From Dietzia sp. (GTDB taxonomy: Bacteria; Actinomycetota; Actinomycetes; Mycobacteriales; Mycobacteriaceae), in contig JBKBUP010000001.1 of the NCBI GenBank assembly GCA_046289795.1, positions 1 to 51,334 of the forward strand: a DNA stretch of 51,334 nucleotides, given 5' to 3'. Made by a program: the position numbers and the translations under genes. Each line of letters opens with the position of its first letter. Within the stretch, counting starts at the first letter, position 1. Below the pieces are notes generated by a model that was given only the letters and a program-made list of their open reading frames with translations, did no database searches and was not told the origin of the DNA. Below are positions 44,632 to 51,334 of this stretch, in pieces.

Positions 44632-44694
44632 TCTCGTGTGCCCGCCACCGCCCGTCGGCAGTTGCCCAGGGGCGGATCGTTCGGAGGTGTCCGC

Positions 44695-45921
44695 TCAGGC
44701 CGGGCGGACCCGGAACGCCCGCCACCCGGCGACGACGGTGGTGAGGACCACGACGACGAGGGTCGCCCCCAGCACGGATCCCAACTCGCGGGGCGCCGCC
44801 CACACAGCCGCGGCGGTGAGCACCAGACCGCACCACGCGATCCCGGCCTCCATCGTCCGGTTGGTGGCGATCGTGGCGAGCAGGAACGCCTGCAGGACAC
44901 TCAGGGTGACCCCGAGCCCGGCGAAGGCCCACAGCACCCCGGTGACCGGCCGGTAGCCCTCGCCCACCACGGCCGGCACGAGCGGGGCCGCGACCGCGGC
45001 GGCCAGCACGACCACCGCCCCGATCCCGAGCAGCACCCCGACGGCGGACCGGACGGCGCCGCGGTGCCCCGCGGGGTCGGCCATCCGCGGGTACAGCACG
45101 GTGCCGACCGCCTGGGGGAGCCAGAACGCGGCCTTTGCGGCCACCGCACCGAGCGCGTAGCGCCCCGCGTCCTCGGGCGACAGCAGCGCGCGAGCCAGGA
45201 GCAGATCGACCGAGGTCAGGGCCATCATCACCAGCTGGACCTGCCCGGCGGCCAGCACGGCCGCCACACCGGGCGAGGCCAGTGCGGTCCCGCCGGCCGG
45301 GGATCGGGAACGCCTCGTCGTCGTCGCTCGGCTCACCCACGCCGCGATCAGCCAGGCCGCGGTCACGCCGACCGCACCCGCCGCCAGCGCCGTTCCGACC
45401 CCGCCGCCGGCGGCGAGGACCGCGACCGCCGGCACGACCTTGCCCACACCCGCCAGGGCGAGGACCATACCGAGTGCGCGGAACCGCTCGGCGCCCTGCA
45501 GCAACCCCTGTTCGGTGGCCAGCAGGCACAGCACCGGCCCCGGGGACAGAGCGGCCGCGGTGGCGAGCGTCGGGGTGTCGAGCAGCAGCGACACCGGGAC
45601 CACGGCGAGGGCGGCGATCAGTGCCACGAGCAGCGCGACCCGCGCACCGAGGGAGCGCAGCGCCTCGTGCGGCGCCCCGCGGACGTGCTCCCGGGCCACC
45701 ACGGCCTGCAGCGCCAGTGACGGCACCGCGACCAGCAGCTGCGCGGAGAGCAGGGCCGCGAACGCGCCGTAGCCCTCGGGGCCGAGCCATCGGGAGGCCG
45801 GCAGGTGGAGCAGGTAGGCGGCGATGTTGGCCAGCAGGGAACCGAGCGTCACCGCCCCGGCGCCGGTCAGGAATCGCCTGGTGGCGGAGCCGGGTGCCGC
45901 CGCGCGCGCCTGAGGGTCCAC
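44695..45921 (-). CDS. Wzx/MOP-like polysaccharide biosynthesis (flippase) membrane protein
   Basis: Multi-TM; LGPEGYGAF, QGLLQGAERF, DLLLAR, GRYALG, KAAFWLPQAV, YPRM. Confidence 0.8.
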   Translation of the reverse strand: MDPQARAAAPGSATRRFLTGAGAVTLGSLLANIAAYLLHLPASRWLGPEGYGAFAALLSAQLLVAVPSLALQAVVAREHVRGAPHEALRSLGARVALLVALIAALAVVPVSLLLDTPTLATAAALSPGPVLCLLATEQGLLQGAERFRALGMVLALAGVGKVVPAVAVLAAGGGVGTALAAGAVGVTAAWLIAAWVSRATTTRRSRSPAGGTALASPGVAAVLAAGQVQLVMMALTSVDLLLARALLSPEDAGRYALGAVAAKAAFWLPQAVGTVLYPRMADPAGHRGAVRSAVGVLLGIGAVVVLAAAVAAPLVPAVVGEGYRPVTGVLWAFAGLGVTLSVLQAFLLATIATNRTMEAGIAWCGLVLTAAAVWAAPRELGSVLGATLVVVVLTTVVAGWRAFRVRPA

Positions 45922-45984
45922 ACCGGTGATCGTAGGGCGTCGCCCGCGGCCCGGGCGCGGCGGTCGCCGTGGTGGAATGTGCGC

Positions 45985-47832
45985 ATGTCAGCCACCTCGG
46001 TCGGGTCCCGCCGCGCACTCGCGGGCCCGGGTGCGGGTGTCGCCGTGGACGCCGGCGTCGGGGTGGTGGTCGCGGCCGTGCTGCTGGCCGGGCTGGCCCG
46101 TCCGGGCTTCCCACTGGTGCGGGACTGGGTGGCCACTCCCACGCCCCCGCTGTCGGACGCGGCGCTGGGGCGCGGCGAGTCGGCCGCGCGGGCGGTGCCG
46201 CAGGACGTGGCGGTGGTCTGGGCGACCCGCGCGCTGGACGCCGTCGGGCTTCCGGTGTGGCCGCTGACGGGCCTGCTCACGGCGTTGTTCTGCGTGTGGC
46301 TCGCGGTGGCGGCGGGCGCCCTGGTCCGGCAGGTGGTGCAGGCCGCGAACGGGCCGGGCGCCGACGCCCCCGGCTGGTCGGGCCATCTGCTGAGGCTGCC
46401 CGCCGTCGTGGGTGCGGTGTGGAACCCGCTGGTGGTGGAGCGGCTCCTGCAGGGCCACTGGTCGCTGCTGGCCGGGGTGGCAGCGGTGGTGACGATGCCG
46501 CTGCTGCTGGCCCGACCGAGACCGCGCGTCGCGGCGGCGTGTGCGGCGGTGGCCGCGGCGGGGCTCACTCCGACTGGCTGGGTTCTGGCGGTGGTGGCCG
46601 GGGCGGTGTCGTTGAGCTGCGCGGGCGCGGGACGACGGGTGCGGGCGGCGGTTCCGCTCGCCGCGGTGGCCGTGGTGACCGCGCTGCCCTGGCTGCTGGC
46701 AACGCTGCTCGGGGGCGGGGGTTCTGCAGGTGGTGGTTCTGCGGGCGGCGGGGATACCGGGGTGGCCGCGTTCGCCGCCCGCGCCGAGACCGGCATCGGC
46801 ACCCTCGGCTCGGTGGTGGCGCTGGGCGGGATCTGGAACTCGGCGGCCGTGCCGCCCTCGCGGGCGAGCTGGTGGGCGGTCGCGGCGCTGGCGCTGCTCC
46901 TGGCGGTGTGGGCGCTGGCGGCTCGGGGTCTGTGGCGGGCCCGGCGAGATCCGGTGGTCCGGGCCACGGTCCCGCTCGCGCTGGTCACGTGGCTGCTGGT
47001 GGCACTGGCGGCGACCGGCCCGGGGCTGGTGGCGTTGGACGCGCTGGTCGGGGCGGTCCCGGAGGCCGGCCTGCTGCGCGACACCCAGAAGTTCGTCGCG
47101 CTCGCCCTGCCGGCCACCGTGCTCGCGTGGGGTTTCGCCGCCCGGGCGCTGGCATCGCTGCTGCGGCCCACGGGGGCCGCACTGGTGCTCACCGCCGTGG
47201 CCGTGGCCTCCGTCCCCGACGCTCCTCGCGCCCTCTGGGAGTCACTGCGCCCGGTTACCTACGGCGACGGGTGGGCGAAGGTGGCAGCGATCGTCGACGG
47301 CCGTCCCGGCGACCTGCTCGTCCTGCCGGCCGGGTCCTTCCGCTCGACCCCGCTGTGGGCCGGTGGCGCCGCCGTGCTCGACCCCGCTCCCCGCATGCTC
47401 GACACCCGGGTGCTGGTGCCCGGTGACCTGGTCGTGGGCCGGGCCGGCACGGTGGAGGGGGAGGGCGGCCGCGCGCGCGAGGCCACCGAGGCCCTGCTGC
47501 GCGGGGAGGACCCCCGCGAGCTGACCGACCTGGGCGTGCGGTGGGTGCTCGACGAGCGCACCTCCGCCGGTCCGCGGGGGGAGTCCGACCGGACCCTGGA
47601 GACGACGACGACGAGGTTCGCGGACGCCGAACTGGTCCTCTACGAGCTGGGCGCGGCGGACGGGCAGGAGCTCGCGGCTCCGACCCACACAACGGCCCCG
47701 CCCCACATCTCAGCCCCGCCCCCGGCGACCGCGGCCTCCCGGGCGGCGGTCCTGGTGGCGCACGCGGCGTGGCTGCTCACCGGCTTGGTGGCGACGGCGC
47801 TGGCCTGGGTGGGCCGCCGATCACGCCGCTGA
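45985..47832 (+). CDS. Rv0226c/MmpA-like membrane protein
   Basis: RDWVATP, RAVPQD, WNPLVVERLLQGHWSLL, GGIWN, GLLRDTQKF, VLDPAPR; synteny. Confidence 0.85.
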   Translation: MSATSVGSRRALAGPGAGVAVDAGVGVVVAAVLLAGLARPGFPLVRDWVATPTPPLSDAALGRGESAARAVPQDVAVVWATRALDAVGLPVWPLTGLLTALFCVWLAVAAGALVRQVVQAANGPGADAPGWSGHLLRLPAVVGAVWNPLVVERLLQGHWSLLAGVAAVVTMPLLLARPRPRVAAACAAVAAAGLTPTGWVLAVVAGAVSLSCAGAGRRVRAAVPLAAVAVVTALPWLLATLLGGGGSAGGGSAGGGDTGVAAFAARAETGIGTLGSVVALGGIWNSAAVPPSRASWWAVAALALLLAVWALAARGLWRARRDPVVRATVPLALVTWLLVALAATGPGLVALDALVGAVPEAGLLRDTQKFVALALPATVLAWGFAARALASLLRPTGAALVLTAVAVASVPDAPRALWESLRPVTYGDGWAKVAAIVDGRPGDLLVLPAGSFRSTPLWAGGAAVLDPAPRMLDTRVLVPGDLVVGRAGTVEGEGGRAREATEALLRGEDPRELTDLGVRWVLDERTSAGPRGESDRTLETTTTRFADAELVLYELGAADGQELAAPTHTTAPPHISAPPPATAASRAAVLVAHAAWLLTGLVATALAWVGRRSRR

Positions 47833-49027
47833 CCCGGCGCCCCTCGGTGACGGCCGTGAGGACCTCGGCCATCGCCTCCCCGGTCGCGGGCCACGACAGC
47901 CCGGCGGCCTTGCGGCGGGCGGCCTCGCCCATCCGATCGCGCAGACCGGCATCGGCCAACAGGTGCTCGGTCGCCGCCGTCATGGCCGCGACGTCCTCCA
48001 CGAGGAGGCCCGTCTCGCCGTCGTCGATCGAGTCCCGCAGTCCGGCCGCGTGGTGGTAGCCGATGGTGGGGACGCCGTGCTGGGCGGCCTCGGAGACCGC
48101 GAGCCCCCACCCCTCCTTACGCGACGGCATGAGGTGCAGCGACGCCGCGGCGAGGATCCGGTGCTTGGCGGCCTCGTCGACGTGCCCGTGGAACACGACC
48201 GCACCGGGGTGACGGGATCCGGGACCGTGCAGGCCGAGATCACCCGCGTACTCGCGCAGACGGTCGGACCACCAGCCGCTGCCGATCACGTCCAGCACCA
48301 GCCCGGGACGGGTCTCGCGCAGCGCAGCCAGGACATCCAGGGCGTCCTCGACGTGCTTGTGCGGCACGAGTCGGGACAGCACCACCAGGCGCGGGCCGTC
48401 GGCGCGGGTCCCGGACCCGCCCGGCCGCACCCCGGCGGGCAGGGGGTCCAGGCCGTTGCGGACCACGGCGATGCGGGACGGGTCCACGCCCAGGTCGGCG
48501 AGCTCGTCCGCCGACGGCAACGACACGGTGACGTACTGGCTGCCCGAGTGCACGCGCGGCGAGAGCCAGGACTCGATCCACCAGCCGATCCTCGCCACCA
48601 ACCACCCGGCGACGGGCCACTGCTCGCGGTGGATGTGATGGACCAGGACCACGACGGGGGCGGTGGTGGCGAGCCTGGAGAAGAAGGGGACGCCGTTCTG
48701 GGTGTCGACGACGACGTCGGGCCGCCGCAGCCGGCCGAGCGGCCCGAGCCCGACCCGCCCGAGCAGCATCGCACCCAGCGCGCGCGTGTAGACGGTGAAG
48801 CGGCCGCCTCCCCGGCTGACCGTGACGCCGGTCCCGGTGACGCCTGCCCGGGTGGCGCCGGCCCCTCGCACCTCCGAGCGGGCCGCTCCGCGGGAACGGG
48901 AGGTCCGGTAGATCACGGTGTGCCCGGCGGCCGCCAGGCCGTCCGCGACATGCTCCAGATAGCGCTCGCTGCCACCGCCCTGCGGATGGGTGCTGTCTCG
49001 CCAGCACAGCAGCAGGATTCGAGCCAC
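47777..49027 (-). CDS. glycosyltransferase family 4 (Rv0225-like)
   Basis: LLLCWRDSTHPQGGGSERY, DTQNGVPF, HHIHREQW, SRLVPHK, PSRKEGWGL. GTG start at 49027. Confidence 0.92.
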   Translation of the reverse strand: MARILLLCWRDSTHPQGGGSERYLEHVADGLAAAGHTVIYRTSRSRGAARSEVRGAGATRAGVTGTGVTVSRGGGRFTVYTRALGAMLLGRVGLGPLGRLRRPDVVVDTQNGVPFFSRLATTAPVVVLVHHIHREQWPVAGWLVARIGWWIESWLSPRVHSGSQYVTVSLPSADELADLGVDPSRIAVVRNGLDPLPAGVRPGGSGTRADGPRLVVLSRLVPHKHVEDALDVLAALRETRPGLVLDVIGSGWWSDRLREYAGDLGLHGPGSRHPGAVVFHGHVDEAAKHRILAAASLHLMPSRKEGWGLAVSEAAQHGVPTIGYHHAAGLRDSIDDGETGLLVEDVAAMTAATEHLLADAGLRDRMGEAARRKAAGLSWPATGEAMAEVLTAVTEGRRVSGVIGGPPRPAPSPPSR

Positions 49028-49083
49028 GGCGCACACTGTACGCAGCGCGGGTCGGTCGGCGGCCCGCCGGTATCGTCTCCGCT

Positions 49084-49902
49084 GTGACCCCACCTGCAGA
49101 TCACCGGTCGAGCGCGCTGCGTTCGGTGGCCCGGCGTGCCACCTTCGGACGCTCGCTCGGGCTCCTGCGCTCGTTCCCCCTCGAGCAGTCCAACCCTGAC
49201 GCCTTCTACTCCGGACTGGCCCGTGACACGGTCGAGCTGGTGGCGGACCTGTGGGTGGAGTCGGGCGACCGGGCCGCCGAGGGGGTGGCGGAATCGGCGG
49301 GCGCCCGGCTCCCGGGGCTCACGGTGCTCGACGTGGGCGGCGGGCCCGGTTACTTCTCCGACGCCTACGCCGCGGAGGGCGCGCGCTACGTGTCCGTCGA
49401 GCCCGACGTGGGGGAGATGTCCGCCGCCGGGCTGGACCAGTCGGGGTCGGTCCGGGGGAGCGGGATGTCGCTGCCCATCCGGTCGGACTCGGTGGATGTG
49501 TGCATCTCCTCCAACGTGGCCGAGCACGTGCCCGAGCCGTGGACGATGGCCGAGGAGATGCTCAGGGTCACTCGACCCGGTGGCCTCGTCGTGGTCTCCT
49601 ACACCCTCTGGTACGGCCCGTTCGGCGGCCACGAGATGGGGCTGACCCACTACCTCGGCGGAGAGCGGGCGCGGCGGATGTACGAACGTCGCCACGGGCA
49701 CCCACCCAAGAACGTGTACGGCGACTCGCTGTTCGAGGTGGGCTGCGCGGAGGGGCTCGAGTGGGCGCGGGGCACGGACTCGGGCGAACTGCTCGCCGCC
49801 TTCCCTCGCTACCACCCGCGGTGGGCGTGGTGGCTGGTGCGCGTGCCGCTGGTCCGCGAGGTCCTGGTGTCGAACCTCGTGCTGGTTCTGCGGGCGCGCT
49901 AG
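49084..49902 (+). CDS. mtrP: class I SAM-dependent methyltransferase (Rv0224c/MtrP-like)
   Basis: LDVGGGPGYF, SSNVAEHV, EMLRVTRPGG, GGHE, PRYHP; synteny. Confidence 0.85.
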   Translation: MTPPADHRSSALRSVARRATFGRSLGLLRSFPLEQSNPDAFYSGLARDTVELVADLWVESGDRAAEGVAESAGARLPGLTVLDVGGGPGYFSDAYAAEGARYVSVEPDVGEMSAAGLDQSGSVRGSGMSLPIRSDSVDVCISSNVAEHVPEPWTMAEEMLRVTRPGGLVVVSYTLWYGPFGGHEMGLTHYLGGERARRMYERRHGHPPKNVYGDSLFEVGCAEGLEWARGTDSGELLAAFPRYHPRWAWWLVRVPLVREVLVSNLVLVLRAR

Positions 49903-49965
49903 CTAGCGGCGCGGATGGCGCCGGACGGTGTCCGCGGGGACCGCCCGGGGAGTCGGACACTCGTC

Positions 49966-49988
49966 TACGATTGGTGAAACACGTTCTG
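49966..49988 (+). promoter_or_regulatory. -10 element plus KstR-like operator upstream of the aldehyde dehydrogenase
   Basis: TACGAT (49966-49971), then TGAAACACGTTCTG (49975-49988) versus consensus TnnAACnnGTTnnA. Confidence 0.5.
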
Positions 49989-50012
49989 GTTTTCTACCTC
50001 TCGGAGGTCCCC

Positions 50013-51334
50013 GTGGTCGTCGTCCATGACAAGCTCTTCTCCGGCACTCGCTGGACCGCTCCCATCACCACGGGGGTTCTCGAGGTGACGTCTCCTGCCA
50101 CGAACGCCGTCGTGGGGCGGGTGGCCGAGACCACCGCCGAGGACGTCGACGAGATGGTCAACCAGGCCCGCGACTCCTTCGAGTCCGGAATCTGGCGGAA
50201 TACCCCGCCCGCCGAGCGGGGCGCGCTGATCGGCCGGGTCGCCGACATGCTCGAGGAGCGACAGGGCGAGGTCTGCCAGATCCTCTCCGACGAGATGGGC
50301 ACCCCTCCCGGGACCGCCGCGATGATCCAGGTGACGCCCACGCTCGGCGTCCTTCGGTACTACGCGAAGCTGGCCGCCGACTTCCCGTGGTCCGAGGTCC
50401 GGCACGGCGACTACGGCGCCTCCGTGGTCACCCGTCAGCCCGTCGGCGTGGTCGCGGCCGTCACCGCGTGGAACGTCCCGCTCTACCTCAACTCCGCCAA
50501 GCTCGGCCCGGCCCTGCTCTCGGGGAGCTCGGTGATCCTCAAGCCGTCGTCCGCGACCCCGCTGTCCGCGCTGTGGCTCGCCGAGCTCTTCCGAGAGGCC
50601 GGGCTGCCCGAGGGAGTGCTGTCGGTGGTGACCGGCCCGAGCTCGGTGGGCGACCACCTGGTCTCGCACCCGGAGGTCGACAAGATCTCGTTCACCGGCT
50701 CCACCGGTGTGGGCAAGCACATCGCCGGGATCGCCGCGCAGAACCTCACCCGCTGCTCGCTGGAGCTGGGCGGTAAGAGCGCCGCGATCATCCTCGAGGA
50801 CGCCGACATCGCCGCCAATGCCGGGACCATGGTGTTCTCCGCGCTGATGAACTCCGGCCAGGCCTGCGTGTCCCAGAACCGCATCCTCGCCCCGCGGTCG
50901 CGCTACGACGAGGTGGTCCGGGCCCTGGTCGAGAACGTCAAGGCCATGCCGGTCGGTGACCCGGCTGCCGAGGGCATCGCGTTCGGGCCCCTGGCCAACC
51001 ACAAGCAGAAGGACAGCGTCGAGGGATACATCCGCAAGGGCGTCGAGGAGGGCGCGACGATCGCCTACGGCGGCGGCGAGGTCGAGGGTCTCGCCGAGGA
51101 CGTGGCCGGCGGTGCGTTTGTCCAGCCGACCGTGTTCTCCGATGTCGACAACTCCATGACCATCGCCCAGGAGGAGATCTTCGGGCCGGTCATGCAGGTC
51201 ATCGCGTACGACTCCGTCGACGAGGCCGTGCAGATCGCCAACGACTCCGAGTTCGGCCTGGCCGGCGCCGTGTACTCGGCCGACCCCGACGCCGCGCTCG
51301 CCGTGGCCCAGCGGGTGCGCACCGGAACCATGGG
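50013..51334 (+). CDS. aldehyde dehydrogenase (Rv0223c-like), 3'-truncated, absent from the ORF track
   Basis: GGAGG RBS and GTG at 50013; AWNVP, LKPS, FTGSTGVG, LELGGKS, NSGQACV, EEIFGPV, NDSEFGLAG; the frame runs off the window. Confidence 0.95.
   Translation, partial: MVVVHDKLFSGTRWTAPITTGVLEVTSPATNAVVGRVAETTAEDVDEMVNQARDSFESGIWRNTPPAERGALIGRVADMLEERQGEVCQILSDEMGTPPGTAAMIQVTPTLGVLRYYAKLAADFPWSEVRHGDYGASVVTRQPVGVVAAVTAWNVPLYLNSAKLGPALLSGSSVILKPSSATPLSALWLAELFREAGLPEGVLSVVTGPSSVGDHLVSHPEVDKISFTGSTGVGKHIAGIAAQNLTRCSLELGGKSAAIILEDADIAANAGTMVFSALMNSGQACVSQNRILAPRSRYDEVVRALVENVKAMPVGDPAAEGIAFGPLANHKQKDSVEGYIRKGVEEGATIAYGGGEVEGLAEDVAGGAFVQPTVFSDVDNSMTIAQEEIFGPVMQVIAYDSVDEAVQIANDSEFGLAGAVYSADPDAALAVAQRVRTGTM

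Noticed and set aside
43280-46114. 944-aa minus-strand ORF and other long shadow ORFs (878-2464, 5734-7305, 8702-10522, 19705-21636, 34387-36717, 37166-39100, 40630-42624)
   Set aside because: They overlap well-supported genes in another frame or strand, have Arg/Gly/Pro-rich or antisense-type composition and no motifs; typical of stop-poor high-GC DNA.
1-51334. tRNA, rRNA, riboswitch or CRISPR features
   Set aside because: None recognisable by eye; an Infernal/Rfam scan of intergenic regions (14992-15169, 30509-30630, 31422-31692) would be needed to exclude small RNAs.

Overview
High-GC chromosomal window from a mycolic-acid actinobacterium (Corynebacteriales). The gene content suggests Dietzia, but that is an inference. 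Family assignments come from motif reading and recalled sequences; no database search was run. From left to right: (1) the 3' end of an Apa/FAP-like gene, a PIG-L deacetylase and an acyl-CoA dehydrogenase. (2) A ~12 kb arsenic-resistance island (three arsC, arsP plus a mini-thioredoxin, arsO-like FMO, arsD, arsA, arsR, acr3) with ArsR-type palindromes at four promoters. It also contains a MerR/SulP/amphi-Trp block and a DUF222-HNH endonuclease gene with a LexA box, sitting between arsR and acr3. (3) ectABC. (4) An uncharacterised FMO-BASS-SDR(-PIG-L) operon. (5) Mixed genes: DUF2332, omega-GST, GtrA, TRIC, GAP, tag, lpqI, a frameshifted APC permease, nitronate monooxygenase and SRPBCC. (6) A 49-aa PorH-like small gene missing from the ORF track, divergent from an Oat2-like argJ plus a SnoaL gene, with a triple GTnAC box between them. 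(7) The conserved envelope locus: TetR/FATP, DUF2613, aftD, tmaT, DUF3068, a flippase, Rv0226c-like, GT4, mtrP and a truncated aldehyde dehydrogenase. No rRNA, tRNA, CRISPR array or transposase was seen. The best leads are the PorH-like microprotein, the SOS-boxed HNH gene splitting the ars regulatory region, and the orphan Oat2-like/SnoaL pair.
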